Shown here: positions 1-9,290 of the stretch, one piece after another | Position numbering within the stretch: the stretch's first letter is position 1 | Layout: every line of letters starts with the position of its first letter | NCBI GenBank assembly: GCA_017992335.1 | Contig: JAGOOU010000001.1 | Coordinates: 1 to 28,399, forward strand | DNA: 28,399 bases | Direction: 5' to 3' | Source of the DNA: Candidatus Parcubacteria bacterium | Lineage (GTDB): Bacteria; Patescibacteriota; Minisyncoccia; Minisyncoccales; Minisyncoccaceae | Notes under the pieces: generated by a model | Database searches by the model: none | Told to the model about the DNA's origin: nothing | Seen by the model: only the letters and a program-made list of their open reading frames with translations | Program-made: the position numbers and the translations under genes

Positions 1-217
1 TTTTTTTCTTTATTATTTTTCTAAGTAATAATTGGATATCTCCTAAAACAAGGCCTTGTTTCCCAATAAAAATATTAGCTTCTTTTGTTTTTATATTTAC
101 AATTAAAGATTCCTTGTCTTGTTCTTTTTCTGTATATATTTTTTTAATCTCTGCCTCTGCTCCAGCCTTTAAGAAAAATTCTTTAATTATATTTGTAATT
201 TCTTCTTTTTCTTCCAT
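1..217 (-). CDS. jag: Jag/EloR (KhpB)-like KH/R3H RNA-binding protein, N-terminal part (runs off the window start)
   Basis: Not in the ORF track. Hand translation from ATG at 217 gives MEEKEEITNIIKEFFLKAG...EANIFIGKQGLVLGDIQLLLRKIIKK, a KH-type IGKxGxxLxxLQxL motif. It sits in the canonical position directly after yidC. Confidence 0.8.
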   Translation of the reverse strand, partial: MEEKEEITNIIKEFFLKAGAEAEIKKIYTEKEQDKESLIVNIKTKEANIFIGKQGLVLGDIQLLLRKIIKKK

Positions 218-218
218 G

Positions 219-929
219 TTATTTTTTATAAATTCTCTTTTGTTGGATAACATTTAAAATTGTTGATAAGCACCAATAAAGACCTAGAGCAGCAGGCAAT
301 TTAAAAAGGACAAAAAAGGTTATTATTGGGGCCAAGAAAACCATTTGTTTCTGCATCATTTCTGCTGCTTGTTCCATGTCAGTCTTTTCCTCTTTATTAT
401 TTGGAGTAGAAGGAACCATTGTTTTTGTTTGAATGAATTGGGCTACAGCTGTTATAATTGCAATAAAAATATTAGGTTCTGCTAAATTAACTCCTAAAAA
501 ATAATAATTGATTGATTGCGGGATAGATATAAAAGAGTATATTGAGGGCGCTATTGCATTTAAATCTAGGTTGGTTTTAAAAACCATAAACAGTGCCCAA
601 ATAATAGGAAGTTGTAAGAATAAGACAAGAATCCCTGCGAAAGGATTAAAGTTTGCATCTTTATATAATTTTAACAGCTCTCTTCCTTGTTCCTCTTTGT
701 TATCTTTATATTTTTTCTGGATTTCTTTTATTTTAGGCTGAATTTCGGTCATCGCCTTTTGCGATTCTATAGATTTTTTATTGAGAGGATCTAAAATTAA
801 TTTAATAATTATTGTTAAAATAATTATAGATAAACCAAAATTTCCTAAAACATTATAAAGAAAAACTAAAGCATTTAGTATCGGCTTGTAAATTAGAATA
901 TTAAATATTGTAGAAAGAGATTCAAACAT
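219..929 (-). CDS. yidC: Membrane protein insertase YidC/Oxa1, short form without the large periplasmic domain
   Basis: Motifs NFGLSIIILTIIIKLIL.PL, QPKIKEIQKKYK, NPFAGIL...QLPI and LPAALGLYW; rnpA-yidC-jag synteny. Confidence 0.95.
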   Translation of the reverse strand: MFESLSTIFNILIYKPILNALVFLYNVLGNFGLSIIILTIIIKLILDPLNKKSIESQKAMTEIQPKIKEIQKKYKDNKEEQGRELLKLYKDANFNPFAGILVLFLQLPIIWALFMVFKTNLDLNAIAPSIYSFISIPQSINYYFLGVNLAEPNIFIAIITAVAQFIQTKTMVPSTPNNKEEKTDMEQAAEMMQKQMVFLAPIITFFVLFKLPAALGLYWCLSTILNVIQQKRIYKK

Positions 930-1254
930 TTTTTATTTTCTTAATCGTTTTTTCTATATCTATTTTTATTTCTTCAAGGGTTTTCTTTTTAATTCTAGGA
1001 GAGGAGATAATAACAATATCTAATCCTTCAAATTTTAAAAAGCCCTTCACAGATTCCCTTAACCATCTTTTAATTTTATTCCTCTCTACTGCTTTTGCTG
1101 AAACTTTTTTAGAAACAATAAATCCGATTCTTGTAAAAGGCTCTTTTGTTTTTAAAAACTTGAGATAAATAGACTCTCCTTTAATGCTTGTCCCGTTATT
1201 AAAAACATTCTCAAAATCTTTTTTCTTTTTTAGCCTATTTTCTTTAGGCAACAT
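922..1254 (-). CDS. rnpA: Ribonuclease P protein component
   Basis: [14 protein letters not shown] start, RIGFIVSKKV and the RNR-like motif AVERNKIKR; located between rpmH and yidC. Confidence 0.95.
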   Translation of the reverse strand: MLPKENRLKKKKDFENVFNNGTSIKGESIYLKFLKTKEPFTRIGFIVSKKVSAKAVERNKIKRWLRESVKGFLKFEGLDIVIISSPRIKKKTLEEIKIDIEKTIKKIKNV

Positions 1255-1394
1255 TAAACAGTGAGCTTTGCTCTTTTTTTATTTCTTCTTCTTTTAAGAA
1301 CCTTTTTCCCGCTTGGAGTTTCTGATCTTTTTAAAAACCCATGCGTTCTTTTTCTTTTCTTCTTTTTTGGCTTATATGTTGTTGCTTTTTGCAT
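1254..1394 (-). CDS. rpmH: 50S ribosomal protein L34 (46 aa)
   Basis: Not in the ORF track. Hand translation: [46 protein letters not shown]. Its stop overlaps the rnpA start (TAATG). Confidence 0.95.
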   Translation of the reverse strand: MQKATTYKPKKKKRKRTHGFLKRSETPSGKKVLKRRRNKKRAKLTV

Positions 1395-1421
1395 GTTAAT
1401 GATTATTAATCTAATAAATAG

Positions 1422-1450
1422 AATATATCAAAAATTAAGCTTCAGGTCAA
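1422..1450 (-). promoter_or_regulatory. Sigma70-type promoter of the rpmH-rnpA-yidC-jag operon
   Basis: Minus strand: TTGACC (1450-1445), 17-bp spacer, TG-A-TATATT (1427-1422). Confidence 0.65.
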
Positions 1451-1481
1451 TGTTTATTTTTCTAAACAATTTGTCAACCTA

Positions 1482-1490
1482 TTTTCCACA
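1482..1490 (+). promoter_or_regulatory. DnaA box with 1 mismatch in the rpmH/dnaA divergent region
   Basis: TTTTCCACA versus consensus TTATCCACA, at the usual autoregulatory position upstream of dnaA. Confidence 0.5.
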
Positions 1491-1524
1491 CCTCCTTGCT
1501 TTTCCCTTTATTTTACAAGACTCT

Positions 1525-1553
1525 TTGATTTGTTTGACTTTATTTAATATAAT
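1525..1553 (+). promoter_or_regulatory. dnaA promoter
   Basis: TTGATT (1525-1530), 17 bp, TATAAT (1548-1553), 28 nt before the ATG. No Shine-Dalgarno motif. Confidence 0.55.
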
Positions 1554-1581
1554 GTATTAGAAAAATAAAACCTTAAATCTT

Positions 1582-2943
1582 ATGGAATTAGAAAACCTTT
1601 GGCAAACGGTTCTTGCCCAAATACAATTAAATATTTCTCCGGCTAATTTTGCCACATGGTTTAATAATACTAAAATCATTTCTTTAGAAAAAGATGTTAT
1701 TACTGTTTCTGTGCCTAATTCTTTTTCAAAAGAATGGTTGGAACAAAAATATAGTAAGGATATTTTAAAAATTATTCACTCTATTGATGAAAATATAAAA
1801 AGCATTGTTTTTGTTGTTGATCCAGGAAAAACAAAAAAAATAACTAGTAGTAAAAAGACTGTTTCTAGAGAAGATATTTTAACAGAACAATTGGGCTTTA
1901 ATGAATTAGAAGTAAACAAAGAAACAAACCTTAATCCTCGCTATACTTTTGAGAATTTTATCGTCGGTCCTTTTAATGAAATGTGTTACGCTGCTGCTAC
2001 GGCAGTTGTAGAAGAACCTGGGAAAAATTACAATCCCTTATTTATATATGGGGGAGTAGGATTGGGAAAGACTCATCTTATCCAGGCTATAGGCAACAAA
2101 ATTAAAGAAGATAATCCTGATAAAAAAGTAAAATATCTTCCAGCAGAAAAATTAATCTCTATAATTGTAAACTCTATTAAAAATCACAACATAGAAGAAT
2201 TAAAAAAAACACTAAGAGAGTTAGATGTTTTAATTGTTGATGACATTCAATTTATTGCTGGAAAAGATAAAACTCAAGAAGAATTTTTCCATACTTTTAA
2301 TTCTTTGTATCAAAAAAATAAACAAATCATATTATCCTCTGATAGACATCCAAATACTATTCCCGCTATAACAGAAAGACTAAAATCAAGATTCAAAGGA
2401 GGGATGATCTCCGACATTTCTTCTCCTGATTATGAAACAAGAATTGCTATTTTGAGAAAAAAAACAGAAGAAAAAGGGGTTGATCTTTCTAAAGAAGTTC
2501 TTGATTATATTGCTAACAACATTCAGAGAAACATTAGAGAGCTTGAAAGTGGTTTAAATAGATTGATAATCTTTAAAAAAGCGAATAACAAAAATCCTTC
2601 TTTAGAAGATGCGAAAAAACTACTTAAAAACCTTATTGTTTCTCCTTCAAAGATAACGAATTATAAAAAAATAATACAATCGGTTACTGAGTTTTACGAT
2701 ATCCCCAATGGAAACATGTTTTTTACATCCAGGAAAAAAGAATTTTCCAAGCCAAGACAAATAGCAATGTATTTACTTAAAAAAGAACTGAAAATGTCTT
2801 ACTCTGAAATTGGGAGAAAATTTGGAGGAAAAGATCACACAACCGTAATTCACTCTTGTCAATTAGTTGAAAAAGAAGAGGAAGAAAATGAAAAAACTCA
2901 CCAAGAAATAGAATTAATTTTACAGAGAATTTACAGCAATTAA
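1582..2943 (+). CDS. dnaA: Chromosomal replication initiator DnaA
   Basis: LNPRYTFENFIVG, Walker A GGVGLGKTH, Walker B LIVDDIQ, domain IV RQIAMYL and DHTTVIH. Confidence 0.98.
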   Translation: MELENLWQTVLAQIQLNISPANFATWFNNTKIISLEKDVITVSVPNSFSKEWLEQKYSKDILKIIHSIDENIKSIVFVVDPGKTKKITSSKKTVSREDILTEQLGFNELEVNKETNLNPRYTFENFIVGPFNEMCYAAATAVVEEPGKNYNPLFIYGGVGLGKTHLIQAIGNKIKEDNPDKKVKYLPAEKLISIIVNSIKNHNIEELKKTLRELDVLIVDDIQFIAGKDKTQEEFFHTFNSLYQKNKQIILSSDRHPNTIPAITERLKSRFKGGMISDISSPDYETRIAILRKKTEEKGVDLSKEVLDYIANNIQRNIRELESGLNRLIIFKKANNKNPSLEDAKKLLKNLIVSPSKITNYKKIIQSVTEFYDIPNGNMFFTSRKKEFSKPRQIAMYLLKKELKMSYSEIGRKFGGKDHTTVIHSCQLVEKEEEENEKTHQEIELILQRIYSN

Positions 2944-3178
2944 CTGTTAATAAAATGAGGAAACATTGAAACAAAATTTGAGGACAAATAATTGATAAAA
3001 AATAATTTAAAAAAACAGAAAAAATTAATCAAAAAATATTCCTAAAAATCTTAACAAATTATCCACACTTATTTATCTAAAAAACAATTTAGAAATAAAG
3101 GAAAAAATATTTTATCCACAAAAAAATTAAAATTAAATATAATAATTAAAAATAAATTTAAATAAATATAATTAATAT
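2944..3178. other. Probable replication origin oriC (dnaA-dnaN intergenic region)
   Basis: Two perfect DnaA boxes TTATCCACA at 3059-3067 and 3112-3120, followed by a 59-bp stretch with no G or C (3120-3178) as candidate DUE. Confidence 0.8.
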
Positions 3179-4310
3179 GAACTTCACAATTTTAACAAAA
3201 GAATTTAAAAAAGGAGTAAGCATTACAGAAAAAATTACAGGCAAAAATTTAACCCTTCCTATTTTGGATAATATTTTAATAGAAGCTTTATCTAATTTTC
3301 TTAAAATTTCTGCTACGGATTTAGAATTAGGAATTCAATGGTGGGGAATGTGTAAAACAGAGAAAGAGGGGAAGATAGCTGTTCCAGCAAAATTGTTAAA
3401 CCAAATTACCGGCACTCTTTCCGATGAAAAAATTTCTGCAAAAGAAAAAAACAACACACTAGTAATAGATGGGAAAAATTACAAAACTCAAATTAAAGGA
3501 TTTATTGCTGATGATTTTCCGATTATTCCTAGTTTTTCCAAAGATATTTATATTGAAATAGATAGTAAGAAAATAAAAGAAGGACTTATGAGTGTTGTTG
3601 ATATCGTTAGTCTATCTCAAATCAAACCAGAAATTTCAGGAGTGTATTTTCTGTTTCAAAAAGATCTTATTAAATTAGTTGCTACAGATAGTTTTAGATT
3701 AGCAGAAAAAACAATTAGCTTTTCAGGAAAACAAGGATATAAAAACATGTTCAAAGAAGAGGTTGGGTTTATTGTTCCTCAAAGAGCTGTAAAAGAATTA
3801 ATTAATATTTTAAACGAAGAAGAAAAACCAATAAGAATATATTTATCAGAATCACAAGTTTTGTTTGAAACATTTTTACCAACAATAGATCATCCAGAAA
3901 TTAATCTTATTTCAAGACAGATTGAAGGAGAGTATCCTGCTTATCAAGAAATTATTCCTAAAACAGGAAAAACAAAAATAACAGTTAATAAAGAAGAATT
4001 TTTAAAACAAATTAAAACAGCAGGAATTTTTGGAGGAAGAACGAACGAGATTATCTTAAAAGTTTCTTCAAAAGAAATAGAGATTTCTAGTCAAGATGCT
4101 GAAATAGGAGAAGCTAATCTTAAGCTGCCATCTAAGACACAAGGAGAAGAAATCAAAGTATCTTTTAATTGGAAATTTTTAGCAGATGGTCTCGCTAATA
4201 TTAAGAGTTCTGAAATATTATTTGAATTCCAAGGAGATGACGGCCCTTCAGTAATTAGGCCGATAGGCGATAATAGCTATTTGTATGTAGTGATGCCAAT
4301 TAAAATTTAA
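3177..4310 (+). CDS. dnaN: DNA polymerase III beta sliding clamp
   Basis: ATDLE, VATDSFRLA, IEGEYPAY, SFNWKFLADGL and YVVMPI; directly downstream of dnaA. Confidence 0.97.
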   Translation: MNFTILTKEFKKGVSITEKITGKNLTLPILDNILIEALSNFLKISATDLELGIQWWGMCKTEKEGKIAVPAKLLNQITGTLSDEKISAKEKNNTLVIDGKNYKTQIKGFIADDFPIIPSFSKDIYIEIDSKKIKEGLMSVVDIVSLSQIKPEISGVYFLFQKDLIKLVATDSFRLAEKTISFSGKQGYKNMFKEEVGFIVPQRAVKELINILNEEEKPIRIYLSESQVLFETFLPTIDHPEINLISRQIEGEYPAYQEIIPKTGKTKITVNKEEFLKQIKTAGIFGGRTNEIILKVSSKEIEISSQDAEIGEANLKLPSKTQGEEIKVSFNWKFLADGLANIKSSEILFEFQGDDGPSVIRPIGDNSYLYVVMPIKI

Positions 4311-6190
4311 TAATTGTCTTCAATATATTTCTGCATTACTTTTCGCCAAATAGGAGCTGCTGATATTCCTCCCATTGCGCCTTGCATTGGAGTACGATCA
4401 TTATTTCCGGTCCAGGTGCCAATACAAACATCAGTAGTATATCCTATAGTCCAACCATCAACAGCATTGTTGGTGGTTCCTGTTTTTACAGCCACTTTAG
4501 GAGGCTCTTCAAAATACAAAACAGAATTCCATCCAAAAAGTGGAGCTCTAGCTGCGTTATCAGACAAAATATCCGTCATTAAATTACAGACATCTGTTTC
4601 TAAAACCTTTCTTGGGGTTTTTTTGTTTTTATAAATTATATTACCTTCACTATCTTCTATTCTTAATATCGGAGAAGGGTCTATTCTATACCCACCATTA
4701 GCAAAAACTCCATAAGCAGAAACCATGTCTAATAGCTTTACATCTCCAGATCCTAGAACTAAAGGAAGTCCATAAAAACTAGGTTCTTTATTAAGAGTAG
4801 TAATGCCCATTCTTTTAGCTAAAGCAATACTATCTTCTAGACCAGCTAAGTCTTTTAAAACCTTAACGGCAGGGATATTTAATGATTGTCCAAGCGCACT
4901 TCTGAGTGTTACTGGGCCTCTAAATAATCCATCATAGTTTTGAGGAGTATATGGATTTTGAGGAGTTCCAAAATTAGTATACTCATCTACAACAATAGTC
5001 ATGTCGTTATATCCTTTTCTGAAAGCTTCAGCGTAAACAAAAGGCTTGAAAGAAGAACCAGGGCCCCTGTTTCCTTGAGTAGCAACATTAAAGCTCGGAA
5101 CAAATTTACAATTAGTTGCTGGATCGCATCCTTTTGGTAAAGAATCTTCTTGAGGGTTAGCTGATCCAACCATAGCTAATATCTCTCCGGTTTTTGGGTC
5201 TATGGCCACTAGAGCAGCATTATATGCATTATAATTGGTTCTATTTGTGGCAACAACCTCTTTTACAGCATTTTCTGCGAATTGCTGAAGTTCCCAATCA
5301 AGAGTAGTATAAATTTTTAATCCTTTTATTTCTAAAAAATCAGAACCATACATTTGTTCTAATTGTTCTTTTACATATTCTGTGAAATGAATAGCTTGAG
5401 TTTTAGGTAATTTATTGAAAGTTAATTCTTGTTTTTGAGCTGCTTCTTTTTCTTCTTTAGAGATAAATCCTTCTTGCTCCATTCTTTCTAAAACTAAGTT
5501 TTTTCTTTCTAATAATTTATCAAGATTCTTTCCATAAGGAGAATAATAACTAGGAGCTTGGACCACTGCAGTTAAAAGAGCAGCTTCAGCTAAAGTAATG
5601 TCTTTAACTGGTTTTTGGAAATAAGTTAAAGAGGCTTCTTCTGCTCCATAAATATTAACACCAAAAGGAATCTGATTTAAATACCATTCAAGTATTTGAT
5701 CTTTTGAATATCTTCTATCAAGCTCTATTGCTAAAACCCATTCTTTTATTTTTCTTTCAACTGTTTTCTCATTGGTTAAAAAAGTGGAACGAATTAACTG
5801 TTGAGTAATAGTTGATCCTCCTTGATAAAGACCTTTAGAAATAATATTATTTCTTACCATTCTCAATATCGCAGTAAAGTCTATTCCAATATGATTATAA
5901 AAATTATCATCTTCACTTGCTACAACAGCTTTCTTGAGGATATCAGGCATTTCAGATAAAGGAATATATGTTCTTTTTTCTTCTCCATAAACGCTTGATA
6001 ATAGTATTTCTCCGTCACGGTCATATATTTTAGTGGCTTGATTAATTTCATTCTCTGTAAAAACTTCTGGGCGAGGGAGGTCTTTAACAAAATAAAAGAA
6101 AAGTAAAAATCCAGTCGCTAGAGCAAAAAGGACAATAGTTAGTATTGCTTTTTTAGGAGTTGAGAATAAACCTTTAATTTTCTTTTTCAT
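4307..6190 (-). CDS. Class A (bifunctional transglycosylase/transpeptidase) penicillin-binding protein, PBP1A family
   Basis: N-terminal TM helix; GT motifs EDDNFYNHIG, GGSTITQQL and RKIKE; TP motifs GSSFK (SxxK), SLN (SxN) and KTGT. Confidence 0.93.
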   Translation of the reverse strand: MKKKIKGLFSTPKKAILTIVLFALATGFLLFFYFVKDLPRPEVFTENEINQATKIYDRDGEILLSSVYGEEKRTYIPLSEMPDILKKAVVASEDDNFYNHIGIDFTAILRMVRNNIISKGLYQGGSTITQQLIRSTFLTNEKTVERKIKEWVLAIELDRRYSKDQILEWYLNQIPFGVNIYGAEEASLTYFQKPVKDITLAEAALLTAVVQAPSYYSPYGKNLDKLLERKNLVLERMEQEGFISKEEKEAAQKQELTFNKLPKTQAIHFTEYVKEQLEQMYGSDFLEIKGLKIYTTLDWELQQFAENAVKEVVATNRTNYNAYNAALVAIDPKTGEILAMVGSANPQEDSLPKGCDPATNCKFVPSFNVATQGNRGPGSSFKPFVYAEAFRKGYNDMTIVVDEYTNFGTPQNPYTPQNYDGLFRGPVTLRSALGQSLNIPAVKVLKDLAGLEDSIALAKRMGITTLNKEPSFYGLPLVLGSGDVKLLDMVSAYGVFANGGYRIDPSPILRIEDSEGNIIYKNKKTPRKVLETDVCNLMTDILSDNAARAPLFGWNSVLYFEEPPKVAVKTGTTNNAVDGWTIGYTTDVCIGTWTGNNDRTPMQGAMGGISAAPIWRKVMQKYIEDNY

Positions 6191-6196
6191 AGTCTA

Positions 6197-6224
6197 ATGC
6201 TAGCATTTTTTATTTTTTTTGCAA
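6197..6224 (-). promoter_or_regulatory. Candidate leaderless promoter of the PBP gene
   Basis: Minus strand: TTGCAA (6224-6219), 16 bp, extended -10 TG-C-TAGCAT (6202-6197), 6 nt, ATG at 6190. Confidence 0.5.
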
Positions 6225-6228
6225 TAAC

Positions 6229-6257
6229 TTGACTCTCTTATTGTAAAACTATACAAT
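6229..6257 (+). promoter_or_regulatory. Candidate leaderless promoter of tyrS
   Basis: TTGACT (6229-6234), 17 bp, TACAAT (6252-6257), 8 nt, ATG at 6266. Confidence 0.65.
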
Positions 6258-6265
6258 GATGTTAT

Positions 6266-7456
6266 ATGAAAAACATAGAAAAAATAGAGGAAATATTAAA
6301 TAGAGGGACCGAGGATATTATTGACAAAAAGCATTTAAAAGAAGCTTTGCTCTCAAAAAAGAAGCTTAATATTAAGTTTGGTATTGACCCAACTGGCCCA
6401 AAGATCCATTTAGGAAGAGCAACAGCATTAATGAAATTAAGGGATTTTCAAGAATTAGGGCATAAAATAACATTAATTATTGGAGATTTTACAGCTTTAA
6501 TTGGGGACGCTTCAGATAAGACAGCAATGAGAAAGCCTTTATCTTCTAAGGAGATAAAAGACAATATGAAAAACTATCTTCCCCAAATAGGAAGAATTAT
6601 TGATTTAAAGAAGGTTGATGTTAGATATAATAGTGAATGGCTTGATAAATTAAGCATTAAGGATTTAACTAGAATATGTATGAATTTTACTGCTCAGCAA
6701 ATGATTCAAAGGAGAAACTTTAAAGAAAGGTGGGAAGAAGGAAAGGAAATTGGATTGCATGAATTATTATATCCTGTTTTTCAAGGATACGACTCTGTTG
6801 CGATAAAAGCTGATATAGAAATCGGTGGATTTGATCAGTTATTTAATCTAAAAACAGGAAGAGACCTTCAAAGAATATTTAAACAAAAACCGCAAAACAT
6901 AATGACTTTAAAAATGATTTATGGTCTTGATGGAAGGAAGATGTCAACTTCTTGGGGTAATGTTATTAATATTTTAGATGATCCAAAAGATATTTTTGGT
7001 AAGATAATGTCTTTAAAAGATGAATTAATTTATGGATATTTTGAAGCATGTACAAGAATTCCTTTAGAAAAAATTAAAGAAATAAAAAAAGAAATAAAAA
7101 ATCCTAAAGAAGTAAAGAAAATATTAGGAAAAGAAATTGTTAAACAGTTTTATTCTGAAAAAGAAGCTGAAGCAGCTCAACGAGAATTTGAAAAGATTTT
7201 TGAGAAAAAAGATTTGCCAACTGAAATTAAAGAAATTAAGATTAAAGAAAAAGAATTAAACATTTTAGACTTACTCGTTTTGACAGGGCTTTCTAAGTCA
7301 AAAGGAGAAGCTAAGAGAGTTGTTGAACAGGGCGGAGTAAAGATTGTTAAAAAGGGAGTTTCTAGGGCTGAAAAAGACTGGAAAAAAATAATTACCATTG
7401 AAGAAATGGTAATCCAATCAGGGAAAAGAAATTTTATTAAAATTAAGAATCTTTAA
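6266..7456 (+). CDS. tyrS: Tyrosine--tRNA ligase with C-terminal S4 domain
   Basis: GIDPTGPKIHLG, IGDFTALIGD, YPVFQGYD, GGFDQLFN, KMSTS and the S4 segment SKSKGEAKRVVEQGGVK. Confidence 0.96.
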   Translation: MKNIEKIEEILNRGTEDIIDKKHLKEALLSKKKLNIKFGIDPTGPKIHLGRATALMKLRDFQELGHKITLIIGDFTALIGDASDKTAMRKPLSSKEIKDNMKNYLPQIGRIIDLKKVDVRYNSEWLDKLSIKDLTRICMNFTAQQMIQRRNFKERWEEGKEIGLHELLYPVFQGYDSVAIKADIEIGGFDQLFNLKTGRDLQRIFKQKPQNIMTLKMIYGLDGRKMSTSWGNVINILDDPKDIFGKIMSLKDELIYGYFEACTRIPLEKIKEIKKEIKNPKEVKKILGKEIVKQFYSEKEAEAAQREFEKIFEKKDLPTEIKEIKIKEKELNILDLLVLTGLSKSKGEAKRVVEQGGVKIVKKGVSRAEKDWKKIITIEEMVIQSGKRNFIKIKNL

Positions 7457-7934
7457 ATTTATAACTATCGAGATGATAAGCACAGCAGACAGCAATAGCT
7501 AATGCATCAGCAGCATCATCTGGTTTTGGAATATCTTTTAATTTTAAAATATGCTTTATCATTTTTTGAACCTGAGGTTTTGTTGCTCTCCCATAGCCAG
7601 CAACAGCAGTTTTTGCTTGAAGGGGAGTGAATTCTTTAATTGGTACATTTTTATTTGAAAAAGATAAAAGAATAACGCCTCTTGCTTGGCTTACAGGAAT
7701 AGCTGTTTTGAGGTTTTTAAAAAAATAGAGAGATTCAATAGCTGCTATTTTAGGCTCGTGTATTTTTATTATTTTTTCGATTTCTTTATTAATCGTTATT
7801 AATCTTTCTCCCATTTCTAACTTAGGGGAAGTTTGGATTGTTCCATAATCAATACATGTTAGTTTTTTTTGATGAGATCTAATAATGCCAAAGCCAGTAG
7901 TAGCTGTTCCTGGATCAATACCTATGATAATCAT
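7443..7934 (-). CDS. ruvC: Holliday junction resolvase RuvC
   Basis: IIGIDPG, AIE, QARGVI and DDAADALAIA; the acidic catalytic residues are present. Confidence 0.96.
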   Translation of the reverse strand: MIIIGIDPGTATTGFGIIRSHQKKLTCIDYGTIQTSPKLEMGERLITINKEIEKIIKIHEPKIAAIESLYFFKNLKTAIPVSQARGVILLSFSNKNVPIKEFTPLQAKTAVAGYGRATKPQVQKMIKHILKLKDIPKPDDAADALAIAVCCAYHLDSYKFKDS

Positions 7935-8653
7935 AAATTAAAGTTAGTATAAATATTCTGGACATCATCATTATCATCTAAAGTATCGTACAGCTTTTGA
8001 TTTTTTTCTTTAGTGTTTTCATCTATATCAATATTTTCCTTAGGAACCCATTCTAAAATATTAGACTCTAGTTTTATTTTGTTTTCTTCTAGGAAGTTTT
8101 TAACTTTATCTAATTCGTCTGGCTTTGTATAAATTACAAGGCCTTCTTCCTGCCAATCAAAGTTTTCTGCTCCAGATTCAATAAGCAAAAGCTCTAACTC
8201 TTCTTTATCTTTTATGTTTTCTTTGCTTATAATAATAACTCCTTTTTTTTCGAACATCCATTTTATTGCTCCTCCTTCAACCATTTTTCCGCCACTTTGA
8301 CTTAATATTAGTTTTATTTCTCCTAAAGTCCTGTTTCTATTATCAGTAATACCCTCTATAATTATAGCCGTATTGTTTGGTCCATATGCTTCTAAAATAA
8401 ACTCCTCATAACTACATCCTTCTATTTCTCCAGATCCTTTTTTAATAGCTCTTTCAATGCTTTCAGAGGTCATGTTGGCCAGTTTTGCTTTGTCAACAAT
8501 AGTTCTTAGTTTGGGATTAAATGTTAAATCAGCGCCTCCATCTCGAGCTGCTATTGAGATTTCTCTAGCTAATTTAGAGAATATTTTACTTTTTTTTGCA
8601 TCAGCTACTCCTTTTTTAAATCTAATAGAGTGCCAATGAGAATGTCCGCTCAT
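7931..8653 (-). CDS. yebC: YebC/PmpR family protein
   Basis: MSGHSHWHSIRFKKG, EAYGP, TDNRNRT, GGAIKWMFEKKG and LDDNDDVQNIYTN; ATGA overlap with ruvC. Confidence 0.95.
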   Translation of the reverse strand: MSGHSHWHSIRFKKGVADAKKSKIFSKLAREISIAARDGGADLTFNPKLRTIVDKAKLANMTSESIERAIKKGSGEIEGCSYEEFILEAYGPNNTAIIIEGITDNRNRTLGEIKLILSQSGGKMVEGGAIKWMFEKKGVIIISKENIKDKEELELLLIESGAENFDWQEEGLVIYTKPDELDKVKNFLEENKIKLESNILEWVPKENIDIDENTKEKNQKLYDTLDDNDDVQNIYTNFNL

Positions 8654-8684
8654 ATTTTATATATACTCTAAAAATATAAATATA

Positions 8685-9290
8685 TCAAGGCAATAACTTT
8701 TTAATAAAAACAAGAATACCTCCTGAGGCAATAGAAAGAATAAAAGAAAAAAGATAAGTATAGTTATTATTGTTTTCAAGGAGAGGTTTTTTAATTTCTA
8801 TTTTTTCTTCCTCAATAAAATAACTATTTTGTTTTTTAGGAGTTCCTCCTGTGTCCAAGCTTGTTTGCCAGCCATTTTCAATTTTTTCCATTGTCTGTTT
8901 AGTTTTATTATTGCCATATGGCCACCCTTGTTTAAAATCAAGAACTTCGATAACTGTGTTGTTATTAATTAATTCAATCTTTTCTCCATTATTGTTTAAA
9001 GCTTTATTAAAAAACAAATCTACTTCTTTCTGACTTTTGTTTCTAGAAAGAAGATAAAAGCCTTGAGAGGGAATATTGCCGGTTAACTTGATTATTTTTG
9101 TTTCAGAAATTCTTATTTCCCAATTATCAAGAGAAATGTTTTTATCAGAATTGTTGTATAATTCTATCCACTCATTAGAGCTAGAAGATTCGTCTCCCAT
9201 CCAACAAATTTCATTAACGAAAACACTGGCTTTTGCTATATCGAAAAGAAAGATTAAAATTAAAGCAAGTTTTGCTGATTGTTTTCGCAT
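8685..9290 (-). CDS. Exported lamin-tail-domain (LTD) protein with C-terminal membrane anchor
   Basis: Signal-like N-terminus; LTD-type motifs VFVNEICW, NEWIELYN, LNNNGEKIEL and GTP; hydrophobic C-terminus followed by KK. Assigned by motif recognition only. Confidence 0.7.
   Translation of the reverse strand: MRKQSAKLALILIFLFDIAKASVFVNEICWMGDESSSSNEWIELYNNSDKNISLDNWEIRISETKIIKLTGNIPSQGFYLLSRNKSQKEVDLFFNKALNNNGEKIELINNNTVIEVLDFKQGWPYGNNKTKQTMEKIENGWQTSLDTGGTPKKQNSYFIEEEKIEIKKPLLENNNNYTYLFSFILSIASGGILVFIKKLLP

Noticed and set aside
1261-1560. 99-aa + strand ORF from the track
   Set aside because: Antisense shadow of rpmH that also runs through the divergent promoter region.
7822-7830. Extra TTAGGGGAA matches to the DUF4143 operator half-site, here and in atpD near 25029
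   Set aside because: Single half-sites inside coding sequence with no palindromic partner; expected by chance.
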